Part shown: in pieces, positions 1 to 8,353 of the stretch | How the letters are laid out: each line of letters begins with the position of its first letter | Numbering within the stretch: the stretch's first letter is position 1 | Assembly: GCA_964436805.1 (NCBI GenBank) | Contig: CAYTEG010000002.1 | Coordinates: 1,916-41,012 of the forward strand | DNA: 39,097 bases | Source of the DNA: an uncultured Candidatus Saccharibacteria bacterium | GTDB taxonomy: Bacteria; Patescibacteriota; Saccharimonadia; Saccharimonadales; EFPC-124 | Direction: 5' to 3' | Made by a program: the position numbers and the translations under genes | The notes under the pieces: model-generated | What the model saw: only the letters and a program-made list of their open reading frames with translations | Databases searched by the model: none | What the model was told of the DNA's origin: nothing

Positions 1-1812
1 CTCGGCGGCTGGGAACGAGCGGTCGGTGGAGCTGGCTGTGTTTTTGCCAGAATCGTAGGTAAATAATGACGTTTTGTCTTCGATTCGCCAGCTGTCGGCA
101 AAGGCTGGGTAGAGTTCTTTAAATGTTGGCTGGATTGTTTTATCGCTGCCGCGCGCGTGCAAATCGTTTTTGGTGTCGCCGTTTGCGTCGCCCAGCAGGC
201 CTTGTAATTTACCCACAAGTTCGTCGCTGGCGTCGACCGCTAGGTGGATGCCGTAGTTGCCAATTGGGTAAAACGTGGCGGTCGATTTGTTTGGCCAGGT
301 CACCGCCGCCACGTTGCCGGTGAGGTCGATGTTGCCGCCGCCAGGCAGCGCCATAGCCTTAAGCTCTTGGTCTTTGCCGTTTACCAAAAGCTGCATGGTG
401 TTGTAGTCGCGGGCGCGGATTTCTACTTTGTCGTCACCCACCTTCATGGCAATCGCCGTGTTGACGCTGACATCTTTTAAGCCGGGGAATGGCTGCTGGC
501 GGACTTGTAGCTCAAAATCGCCGTTGTCGGTGCGCGCGCCAACAAATTCGCCGACCGCCTGAAAGTCGTAACGCAAACCATCGAACGTTTTTAAGTGTGG
601 GTCGCCGTTAGAATCGGCGCAGTGTTCGCCGGTGCAGGCCGTGGCGGGCGGCGCGTTGCAGTCGCCACTCGGCAGAGCGTCGCGGCCGTAGTGGCTGCGT
701 TCGGGCATACCAAGGCGGGCGCGCAAAATGTTTTGGGCGCGCGTAGCCATGACTTCTTTTGTTTCGATGCCGCTGCCGGCGCAGTCGTCGCGGCTAAATG
801 TGCCGTTTTGCAGGTCGAGTACGTGGTACATTTCGTGGTACAAACTGGTGCATGGGTCGGCGTTGCCGCCAGTGCCGGCGTAGGGGTGCGTGTCGTTTGG
901 GTTCCAGTAAATGCGGTAGGTGTTTTCGCCGTACTGCGCGGTTTCGCTGCCGCCGGTGGTGGGTACGATTTCGATGGTAATTGCCGGGTTATTGGCAACG
1001 TCGAGCACCGGCCCGGTAATATCGCGGTTGGCTTCGAGCGTCCCCATACAGGTGTCGAACGCGCCCTGCATGTCGGGCGGCACAACAAAGTCGGCTTTGG
1101 CAGCCGGCGCATTTTGCCATAAAACGCCAACTAAACCAAGTAGTACAATCGCCGCAACTGCGCCCTTAGACGTAGGCTTTTTGCGGTGCTTCCAAAAATA
1201 CCACACGGCAAAAATAACAGCCGCAACACCAACAATAACAGCGATGATTTGCGCAATTAACACAAACATATTTGTGGTTGGCTGCACGGTGCTGGCGTAA
1301 GCGATGCCGCACGACGGCGCGCCACTTTCGGGGATGAGCGGCACGGTGTAGGTAAGCTCTAGCTGCAGCGGTTTTTTATCCTGCAGTTTATAAAACATGC
1401 CAAGGGCGCTAGCGCCGGGCGACCACGTAATCGTTTCGAGCCCTCGCCCAATGTTACGGTAATTGTCGGCGCGCAGTGCAATGTCGGCCGATTCGCCAGG
1501 TTTAAGCGTTTGCCAGTGGCGCGCGAGTTCTACCTCTACCCCATCGTCAAAACCGACGTTCATGGCGCTGGGTTCGACGTTTTTGCCGTCTTGCACAAGC
1601 TTTGTAATCGCCACCGTGCCCAGCGGCGAATTGATTATTTGGCAAGCAGCATTTGTTTTGTTGGTAAGCTTGATTGTTGGTTTTGCCGGGTCGTTATTTT
1701 GCACCACAGCCTCGAGGCCCGACGCCGCGGCCTGCGCAGGTTGCGTATATAAAAAGCCGCCCAAAAGTGCGGCGCTCACAACAATAAAACGAACCATTTT
1801 TGTGTATTTCAT
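1..1812 (-). CDS. Secreted/membrane-anchored multidomain protein: signal peptide + unknown domain, TM hairpin, HExxH zincin-like metallopeptidase domain, von Willebrand factor type D (VWD)-like domain with GDPH motif; 3' end runs off the window
   Basis: Own codon-by-codon translation of the minus strand gives an open frame from ATG at 1812 to nt 1 with no stop. It is absent from the supplied ORF track. N-terminus MKYTKMVRFIVVSAALLGGFLYTQPAQA is signal-like. Hydrophobic hairpin FVLIAQIIAVIVGVAAVIFAVWYFW-KHRKKPTSKG-AVAAIVLLGLVGVLW lies at about nt 1266-1110. HEMYH (nt 837-823) is followed by ETKEVMATRAQNILRARLGMPER. GDPHLKTFDGLRYDFQAVGEF (nt 606-541) is a typical VWD start. Confidence 0.8.
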   Translation of the reverse strand, partial: MKYTKMVRFIVVSAALLGGFLYTQPAQAAASGLEAVVQNNDPAKPTIKLTNKTNAACQIINSPLGTVAITKLVQDGKNVEPSAMNVGFDDGVEVELARHWQTLKPGESADIALRADNYRNIGRGLETITWSPGASALGMFYKLQDKKPLQLELTYTVPLIPESGAPSCGIAYASTVQPTTNMFVLIAQIIAVIVGVAAVIFAVWYFWKHRKKPTSKGAVAAIVLLGLVGVLWQNAPAAKADFVVPPDMQGAFDTCMGTLEANRDITGPVLDVANNPAITIEIVPTTGGSETAQYGENTYRIYWNPNDTHPYAGTGGNADPCTSLYHEMYHVLDLQNGTFSRDDCAGSGIETKEVMATRAQNILRARLGMPERSHYGRDALPSGDCNAPPATACTGEHCADSNGDPHLKTFDGLRYDFQAVGEFVGARTDNGDFELQVRQQPFPGLKDVSVNTAIAMKVGDDKVEIRARDYNTMQLLVNGKDQELKAMALPGGGNIDLTGNVAAVTWPNKSTATFYPIGNYGIHLAVDASDELVGKLQGLLGDANGDTKNDLHARGSDKTIQPTFKELYPAFADSWRIEDKTSLFTYDSGKNTASSTDRSFPAAE

Positions 1813-1898
1813 AAATAACCCTGTCATTAATAATAGCACCGCTTATATTGCATATGCTAGTTTACGCCTTTGCTTAATTCGGTTACTATACAAATAAT

Positions 1899-3068
1899 AT
1901 GGATAAGCTACGCACTGCGTTTTTGCTGACAATCACCATTACTTTGGCCGGGGTTTTGGCCTCGATGTTACTGCCGACGCCGGCAACCTGGATTGGCTCC
2001 GACCAGTCGTACCACTTGCGCCTGGCGATCGCACTTTTTATACCAGCCCTGCATGTGCTGGCTGCCATCTTCTTTTTTAGAGGTTTGACCGGCTTTAAAG
2101 AAGAATTTAGGACGGCATACAGCCTTATCGCCGTTGGCGTCATTATTATTGGTATCGCGCTGCTGGCTTCGCCAATGGTCACAATTTTCGACTTGTGGGA
2201 TTCGTGGGCGATGGAGCTCGGCGTCATTAACCTGCCATTTGTGTTTGCGGTGGTAACGATTTTTGCCGGTATCCGCACCTTTTACCGCAAGCTCGACGTG
2301 CAGACTATTTGGCGCTCGATGGGCTTTAATATTGCGTTTGTGCTGGCCGGTTTGGTGCTCGCCGTGTTTATGCCGCACGCGCGGTCGCTTTTGCCCGAGC
2401 TGCGCTACGACATCGGCAGCGTCTTTTTTGCGCTTAGTTCGCTCACCTTGCTTGTTACCGCGTTTAATATTCTTCCGATCCGCAAGCAAATCGCGCCAAA
2501 TTATGCCCGCGTTTTAACATGGCTTGGTGGCGGGCTGATTTTTGAGGCGGTTTTGGTTGGCATGTCGTTGGTGCTTAAGGCGTTTGGCATTGATGTGCGC
2601 CAGGCTTCGGGCGGCTTGCAGGATACGTTAATACTGGCGGCAATCCCCTACCTTGTGTCGGGCTATTTGTTTTACCAGCTTACGGCCGACATCCGCAGGG
2701 GCCTTACAAAGTCTGGCGGCGAAGTGATCGATGTGGTTATGTATGTTTCGTCGCTGGTTTCGAGCCGCAAAGCGATCGACACAATTTTAGACGAAGTGCG
2801 GCTTATTACTGCCCGTCGTCACCCCGGTGATCCAATCGGCGACGCTGACAAAGCAAAGTTGGCCGATGTGTACCTAAAACTCGAAAAATATTTAGCGACC
2901 GAAGAAAAACTGCGCTCGTTTACCGCCGAACAACTGCGCAGGCAAATGTATACCCGTTTTTATAACCAGGCGAGCGCAACGGTAGACACCGCATTTTGGC
3001 AGAAGCTGCCGCAATTAAAGGCTACGGCGCCGGTCGCACCGGTGCAAACGCCTGCAGCCCAGCACTAA
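1899..3068 (+). CDS. Polytopic membrane protein (about 8 TM) with soluble C-terminal domain, function unknown
   Basis: 389-aa ORF with repeated hydrophobic helices through about residue 270, then a charged helical tail (KAKLADVYLKLEKYLATEEKLRSF). Divergent from the VWD gene. Backbone-like composition. Confidence 0.7.
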   Translation: MDKLRTAFLLTITITLAGVLASMLLPTPATWIGSDQSYHLRLAIALFIPALHVLAAIFFFRGLTGFKEEFRTAYSLIAVGVIIIGIALLASPMVTIFDLWDSWAMELGVINLPFVFAVVTIFAGIRTFYRKLDVQTIWRSMGFNIAFVLAGLVLAVFMPHARSLLPELRYDIGSVFFALSSLTLLVTAFNILPIRKQIAPNYARVLTWLGGGLIFEAVLVGMSLVLKAFGIDVRQASGGLQDTLILAAIPYLVSGYLFYQLTADIRRGLTKSGGEVIDVVMYVSSLVSSRKAIDTILDEVRLITARRHPGDPIGDADKAKLADVYLKLEKYLATEEKLRSFTAEQLRRQMYTRFYNQASATVDTAFWQKLPQLKATAPVAPVQTPAAQH

Positions 3069-3223
3069 GTTTATTTTGGGGCGCCGCCGATGGCCGCTTG
3101 CGCGCTTAAGCATAATCTTTTTAAAAAATATAATTGCTAATAACGAAATATTGTGATAAAAATATACAGGCTAACAACGCCGTTTTTAATAATTACTTAA
3201 CTTTACAATAAGGCAAAATCCTC

Positions 3224-4186
3224 GTGGAGATTTTCTGGAGTTCCATCGACCTAACGCGGATTATCTTTTTACTCGGTGCCGTTTTAGCGCTGGTGTATAA
3301 AAAGAAATTTGGCGTCACTCCTGGTGGCATAATCGTACCCGGTACCCTTACCGGCATGTTATTTGCCAGCTTTACGGCATTTTTAATCGTACTTGTTTCG
3401 GCGGCGGTTTGTTTTCTTTTATATAAGTATACTTTTGGGCGATATGCGCTGACAAAGCGTTGGGCGTCACTTATTACCGTAAGTATTTCGGTGTGCCTTG
3501 GCCTTCTGGCGATGGGTATTGTCGAAGTTACCCATGTATTTAGTCAGGAGTTACTACTGTTTACCCTGGTTGTGCCTGGCCTGTTGGCAATTAGCGCCCA
3601 AAAATACGGGCCGAGCCGCGTGCTTATTGGCGCCCTCAGCGTCACTGCCGTATGTTACCTTGCCGGTTGGGCGTTGGTGTTGAGCCTGCCTTACGACCTG
3701 CTTACCTCTATGACCGTACAACTTGGCAAATACACGCAATTAAGCTTGGTTAACCCATATGTGGTGTTACCGGTAAGCCTTATTACGGCGATTTTGGTGT
3801 ACTACAAGTTTGGTATCCGCGGCGGCGGTTACTTAATTATGCCATTTGTGGCGTCGGTTGCATTTAGTTCGCCCATTCAGGCACTGCTTTTAATGGTCGG
3901 CGTGGCGCTTAGTTACCTGGCAGTTAAAATGGCGCTCAAGTTCACCCTTATGATTGGGCTGGAACGTTTTGTGTTTAGCTTGTTTTGCGGCTACATTATG
4001 GTGACATTGATTGATATTTTGGCCATCAACATCGAAATCGCCGGCTACCGCCCCGCCCCACTCGTGCTGATTATCGCCATTGCAGTGCTCACCAACGACC
4101 TTTCGCTGCAATCGCTTAAAACCACGCTGCAAAAAGGCGCAAGTACGTCGCTTATTATGTCGCACTTGGCAAGGTTGGCGGTATAG
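3224..4186 (+). CDS. pgsC: Poly-gamma-glutamate biosynthesis membrane protein PgsC/CapC, tandemly duplicated (about twice the normal length)
   Basis: GTG start. First half has GVTPGGIIVPGTLTGMLF and LVVPGLLAISAQKYG, resembling Bacillus CapC GIVPAGLVVPGYLGLVF and GIIVPGLIANTIQKQG as recalled from memory. Second half repeats the pattern in degenerate form (FGIRGGGYLIMPFVASVAF ... IIAIAVLTNDLSLQSLK). Its stop lies 1 nt before the pgsB start. Confidence 0.75.
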   Translation: MEIFWSSIDLTRIIFLLGAVLALVYKKKFGVTPGGIIVPGTLTGMLFASFTAFLIVLVSAAVCFLLYKYTFGRYALTKRWASLITVSISVCLGLLAMGIVEVTHVFSQELLLFTLVVPGLLAISAQKYGPSRVLIGALSVTAVCYLAGWALVLSLPYDLLTSMTVQLGKYTQLSLVNPYVVLPVSLITAILVYYKFGIRGGGYLIMPFVASVAFSSPIQALLLMVGVALSYLAVKMALKFTLMIGLERFVFSLFCGYIMVTLIDILAINIEIAGYRPAPLVLIIAIAVLTNDLSLQSLKTTLQKGASTSLIMSHLARLAV

Positions 4187-4187
4187 C

Positions 4188-5417
4188 ATGATTATTTTAG
4201 CCATTATTTCTGTGCTGGTCGCCGCGTATTTTGCGTTTGGTGTATACACCAAATTGCAACATCACAAAGCGATGTTGCAATTCGAACACCGCATACATGT
4301 TAACGGTATCCGTGGTAAATCTTCGGTGACGCGTTTAATTGCGGCTGCGCTGCGCGAAGGCGGCATTAAAACCGCTGCCAAAACTACCGGCTCGGCCGCG
4401 CGCATTTTGGTCGACCACAACACCGACACTCCCGTGCCGCGCAAAGAAGCCGACATTGCCGAACAACGCCGCATGCTCAAATTTTACACCGGCGATCTGC
4501 ACCGCATGTACACCGGCGAAGATTACAAAGCGGTGGTGTTTGAGTGCATGGCGATCAACCCAATCTACCAACGTTACCTCGAAGAAAACATTATGCTTTC
4601 GACCATCGGCGTCATTACCAACGTGCGCGAAGACCACGTCGACGTTATGGGCGACACGCTGCCAAAAATTGCGCGCAGCCTTGCCAACACGATCCCTAAA
4701 AATGGCCACTTGGTCACCGCCGAAACAAACCCCGAGCTTTTGGCTGTGCTGCAACAAGAATGCGACCTGCGCGGCACCACACTGTACGCTGTTGGCAACG
4801 CCCGCATTAGCGACAAACACATGGCGCAGTTTGGCCACTTCGAATACAAAGCCAACGTCGCGATCGCCCTTAAAGTTGCCGCACTTGCCGGCGTCAGCCG
4901 CGCCACCGCTATTAAGGGCATGCACCGCGCGCTGCCCGACCCAGGCGCTTTTACGCTTAAAAAAGTTGAGCGCAAAAACAAAACCGTGCACTGGGCCAAC
5001 CTGTTTGCTATCAACGACCGCGAAAGTTTTGTATTGACGGTCGAGTCGCTGCATTCAAAAGTGGGCACAAAAGCTAAAAAAGCGGTGATCCTCAACAACC
5101 GCCAAGACCGCCCGGAGCGCGTCGTGCAGTTTTTGGACATTTGCTTAAACTCAATCAATGCCGACTACATTTTTACGTTCGGCGACTACGAGGCGCAAAT
5201 TCAGCAGGAACTTAAAAAGTACCCTGGCGTCAAAGTAAAAGTGGTGCACCTTGGTAATTCGACCGACTTTAAAGACGCCGAAGGCGAAGTGTTGTTAGAC
5301 AAAATCGCTGCCACCTTTAAGCAAAAAGAGTGCATTTTGTTTGGCGCGGTTAACATCCACACGCCGCAAGCCCAGGCGCTGCTTGGCGTATTAGAAGGCA
5401 ACGTACATGCGCATTAA
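4188..5417 (+). CDS. pgsB: Poly-gamma-glutamate synthase PgsB/CapB (Mur-ligase-like amide ligase)
   Basis: N-terminal TM helix, then NGIRGKSSVTRLIAAALREGGIKTAAKTTGSAARIL, ECMAINPIYQ, NVREDHVDVMG and LPDPGAF. These are colinear with Bacillus PgsB (GIRGKSTVTRL..GKTTGTDAR..ECMAVNPDYQ..NVLEDHMDVMG..PPDPGA). I chose the ATG at 4188. The track ORF start at 4080 would overlap pgsC. Confidence 0.9.
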   Translation: MIILAIISVLVAAYFAFGVYTKLQHHKAMLQFEHRIHVNGIRGKSSVTRLIAAALREGGIKTAAKTTGSAARILVDHNTDTPVPRKEADIAEQRRMLKFYTGDLHRMYTGEDYKAVVFECMAINPIYQRYLEENIMLSTIGVITNVREDHVDVMGDTLPKIARSLANTIPKNGHLVTAETNPELLAVLQQECDLRGTTLYAVGNARISDKHMAQFGHFEYKANVAIALKVAALAGVSRATAIKGMHRALPDPGAFTLKKVERKNKTVHWANLFAINDRESFVLTVESLHSKVGTKAKKAVILNNRQDRPERVVQFLDICLNSINADYIFTFGDYEAQIQQELKKYPGVKVKVVHLGNSTDFKDAEGEVLLDKIAATFKQKECILFGAVNIHTPQAQALLGVLEGNVHAH

Positions 5418-6069
5418 TAAGTGGCACCTTAGTGTGGCCGCCGCGCTTTTTGTGTTTTTTAGTTACCTTGGTTACCGCGAGTTCTTTTTTGACGACACGG
5501 CCAGCGCAAAGGCGGCGATCCAGCAGGATTTGGCGAAAATCGCTTTGCCATCGACGCCGACCGACGCAAAACCAGCCGAATATTACGGTAACAAACGTGC
5601 CGAAATCGCTTTGCAGGAATACGCCAAAAACGTGGTCGAAGTACCACGCGGTTGCAACTGCGGCCCCGAAGTCGACAAATACACCCAAAGCAGCCCCGGC
5701 CAGTGGTGTACTTCGTTCGCCAGTTGGATCGCCAACGAGGCCGGTTCACCGCTTATCGACGCGCACACCAAGGACTGGCGTATTTCTAACTCGCGCATTT
5801 TTACCGAAAACTTAAAGTTAAACGGCACGTTTTACACCGCCGACGAAATCATGGCCCAGGGGCTTAAACCGCGCATTGGCGATTTTGTGGTGTTTTGGCG
5901 TGGTAATTTAGAGGACAACCTCGGGCACATTGACGTCGTGGTAAAAGTAAACGACGACGGTTCGGCCGGTTTGATTGGCGGTAACATCCGCGACCGCATT
6001 GCGTACCGCGAAGATTTTCCGTTTTTGCACTCTTACGGCTTTTTAGGCTTTGGACGGCCAGAAAAATAA
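5407..6069 (+). CDS. Membrane-anchored CHAP / NlpC-P60-like cysteine amidase embedded in the PGA locus
   Basis: N-terminal TM anchor (LSVAAALFVFFSYLGY). Candidate catalytic Cys in GQWCTSFASWIANEAG and His in NLGHIDVVVKV, then GGNIRDRI. Overlaps the pgsB stop by 11 nt. Confidence 0.65.
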   Translation: MRINKWHLSVAAALFVFFSYLGYREFFFDDTASAKAAIQQDLAKIALPSTPTDAKPAEYYGNKRAEIALQEYAKNVVEVPRGCNCGPEVDKYTQSSPGQWCTSFASWIANEAGSPLIDAHTKDWRISNSRIFTENLKLNGTFYTADEIMAQGLKPRIGDFVVFWRGNLEDNLGHIDVVVKVNDDGSAGLIGGNIRDRIAYREDFPFLHSYGFLGFGRPEK

Positions 6070-6077
6070 GGTAATAT

Positions 6078-7307
6078 ATGAAGTTTTTAAAAAAATCCCC
6101 CAAATTTAGGTTGCCCGCATTTAAAAAGCCGCGCATAAGTACAAAAGACAAAGTGTGCCTGGCTATTTTTGGCGCCATTATTGTGGCCCTTGGCATTTAT
6201 GGCTGGTACCAGCACCGCCCGGCCGCCGCTGTGGTGTACAACAAAACGTTGCCAGCAACAACCGCGCTCGAGAGCCACATGCTGGTTGGCGGCGACATTT
6301 ACTGGGGTCGTCGCATGAACGACTGGTCGCAGCAAAGCCCGCTTAAACAGCAGTATCCGTTTTCGCGCCTGAGCGAACTGCAAAAAGACAAGTACGACGC
6401 ATGGGTTGCTAACCTTGAGTGCCCGGCTGTCGAAGGTATCCACCAACCAATCGGCTTTGTGCCGCAACTTTGGGAATTTAACTGCGACACCGATTACATG
6501 CAGTACGCCGCCAAGTGGTTTGATGTGTTTGGCCTGGCCAACAACCACATGGCAAACCAGCACCGCGAACAAGGGTTAGAGGCCACGCGCCAAACGCTTA
6601 ACAAATATGGCATCCAGCATTTTGGTGGATTCGACCCGCACCGCACCAGCGAGATTTGCAGTGTTGTGGCTATGCCCGCCCGCGCCCGCATCGACGGTAA
6701 GCAGCAAGACGTTAAGCTGCCGGTTGCCATGTGCGGCTACCACGGCGTGTACTACACCATCACCGACAAAGCGATTGCCGAAATGGAAAAATACGCCAAA
6801 TACATGCCAGTTATGGCCTTTAGCCACATGGGCCGCGAATACACTGCCGGTGCCGACGACAAACGCCGCAACCTATACCACAAAATGATCGACCACGGCG
6901 CCGATGTTGTGTTTGGCAACCACCCCCACTGGGTACAGCCAACCGAGGCCTACAATGGCAAGTTAATCACCTATTCGCTCGGCAACTTTATTTTTGACCA
7001 ACAATTTAGCCCCGAAGTTATGCGCGCTGCCGCCGTTGACACCACCTTTACGGTCGACGAAAACGCCGTCACGCAAGACCAGCTCCGTGCATGGGTCGAG
7101 CTTGGTAAAGTCTGCGGTACGCCCGATGACGACTGCCTACAGCAGGCTGAAGCTAAACAACTTGCGCGTTTGCCGGGCAAATTTAAGTACGACATTATTG
7201 GTATCGACTTAAGCCAGCAAATTACGCACCTCGCCAACCAGCAGCTCAAAGATCAAATCCTTACCCGCCTTAACTGGCAAGATACGCTCTCTAAGCTCGC
7301 CAAATAG
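6078..7307 (+). CDS. pgsA: PgsA/CapA-family poly-gamma-glutamate biosynthesis protein (metallophosphatase-like PGA_cap domain), membrane anchored
   Basis: N-terminal TM (VCLAIFGAIIVALGIYGW). Motifs GGDIYWGRR, ANLECP, GLANNHMANQ, CGYHG, SHMGREY, GADVVFGNHPHWVQP and YSLGNFIFDQ are typical of the CapA family. Confidence 0.85.
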   Translation: MKFLKKSPKFRLPAFKKPRISTKDKVCLAIFGAIIVALGIYGWYQHRPAAAVVYNKTLPATTALESHMLVGGDIYWGRRMNDWSQQSPLKQQYPFSRLSELQKDKYDAWVANLECPAVEGIHQPIGFVPQLWEFNCDTDYMQYAAKWFDVFGLANNHMANQHREQGLEATRQTLNKYGIQHFGGFDPHRTSEICSVVAMPARARIDGKQQDVKLPVAMCGYHGVYYTITDKAIAEMEKYAKYMPVMAFSHMGREYTAGADDKRRNLYHKMIDHGADVVFGNHPHWVQPTEAYNGKLITYSLGNFIFDQQFSPEVMRAAAVDTTFTVDENAVTQDQLRAWVELGKVCGTPDDDCLQQAEAKQLARLPGKFKYDIIGIDLSQQITHLANQQLKDQILTRLNWQDTLSKLAK

Positions 7308-7328
7308 CGTTTGGCATAGTTACGCGCC

Positions 7329-7853
7329 CTAGTTGCTAAGTATAACCGCCGACTGCAGGTGTGCGACGTCGGTAACCTGCTGCACCATAAACTTGCCAAA
7401 GTCTTTGGCCGATACGGCAAGGCTTGGATGATCCTGCAAAAAATCGGCGTTTAGCAGCGCCGCAGACGCCGAATGGACGACCGTCCAGTCGAGTGATGTT
7501 TGTTGCAGTACCTCGGCCACGCTGGGCTCGTTTTGTGCGGGCTTAAGGGCGTCAAGGTGGGTCGCGACAATAAGCCGTTTAAGGTCGTAGGCATACATAC
7601 ACGCCACCAGCATATGCAGTGTATGGGGAGTAAAAGAAGTGTCGGGGAGGCTGATTACCGCGTGCGCGTTTGCAAGCGCTTGGGTGACATCGGCCTCGTT
7701 TTGTGGCGAACCCACAACAACAGATAGGTTTTCGTGAATAAGATTAGGTGCAGGCTGCCCGGTAAGCATTGTTACCTCGTAGCCGTGACGTAGCGCCTGC
7801 CGTACAAACTGCCGGCCGGTTTTGTCTGATCCGCCTAACACTGCTAGTCTCAT
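7329..7853 (-). CDS. NAD(P)H-binding (NmrA/atypical SDR-like) oxidoreductase
   Basis: MRLAVLGGSDKTGRQFVRQALRHGYEVTMLTG is a Rossmann GxxGxxG-type N-terminus. I chose the ATG at 7853 over the track start at 7901. Confidence 0.7.
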   Translation of the reverse strand: MRLAVLGGSDKTGRQFVRQALRHGYEVTMLTGQPAPNLIHENLSVVVGSPQNEADVTQALANAHAVISLPDTSFTPHTLHMLVACMYAYDLKRLIVATHLDALKPAQNEPSVAEVLQQTSLDWTVVHSASAALLNADFLQDHPSLAVSAKDFGKFMVQQVTDVAHLQSAVILSN

Positions 7854-8012
7854 GCGTATCCCCCTTTTTGCGATACTACACCAAACATAAACAGGCGGCA
7901 AATTGCCGCGCGGTTGGCCACTGTGAGCGTTGTATTTTCTGCTTTCACGAGTGTGATGCTAACGCACGTTGCCTCGCGAGTCAACACTATTTTTTAAATC
8001 ACTCCTACGGCG

Positions 8013-8225
8013 CTATCGTCGAACCTTCAACATCAACCGTAAATTAGACAAATACCCTTCGGGCGTCACTAATTTATGCGTGCGCACATACTGCACGTGG
8101 TATGCCACAAACGGCATTTGGTTATTTGGCCAATCCGTTTTATTGGTGGTAAATGACGGCTTGGTAATAAGGTTAGGGTCGCGCTCCATGGTAACAAGGG
8201 CGGCGACCAGCTCTTTTTCGGTCAT
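8013..8225 (-). CDS. Hypothetical 70-aa protein
   Basis: ORF with balanced composition (MTEKELVAALVTMERDPNLI...). No family recognised. Lies downstream of the histidine kinase on the same strand. Confidence 0.4.
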   Translation of the reverse strand: MTEKELVAALVTMERDPNLITKPSFTTNKTDWPNNQMPFVAYHVQYVRTHKLVTPEGYLSNLRLMLKVRR

Positions 8226-8353
8226 GACGAACCTATTTTTTAACCTTAGGTTTCTTTTTTTCGCGCCCGGTTTTATTTTTTGAGCCCATAATGTTGTTGT
8301 CTTTCGTTAGTTATATTAATAGTATGCGCCAGATGAGGCAAAAATCCTAATTT

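Noticed and set aside
123-1897. Track ORFs 123..323, 244..480, 591..1130, 595..1122, 798..980, 920..1300, 1463..1897, 1510..1752
   Set aside because: All lie within the 604-codon minus-strand frame, which carries signal peptide, HExxH and GDPH/VWD features. Their own translations are low-complexity.
4080-4187. Upstream extension of the pgsB ORF from 4080
   Set aside because: It overlaps the pgsC 3' end and is Arg/Cys-rich. The ATG at 4188 starts exactly at the conserved N-terminal TM helix of PgsB.
4335-5158. Three long ORFs inside pgsB (4335..5054-, 4339..5037+, 4574..5158-)
   Set aside because: The pgsB frame matches the PgsB/CapB family along its whole length. The alternatives have skewed composition (Thr/Pro/Cys/Ala or Val/Phe/Gly) and no motifs.
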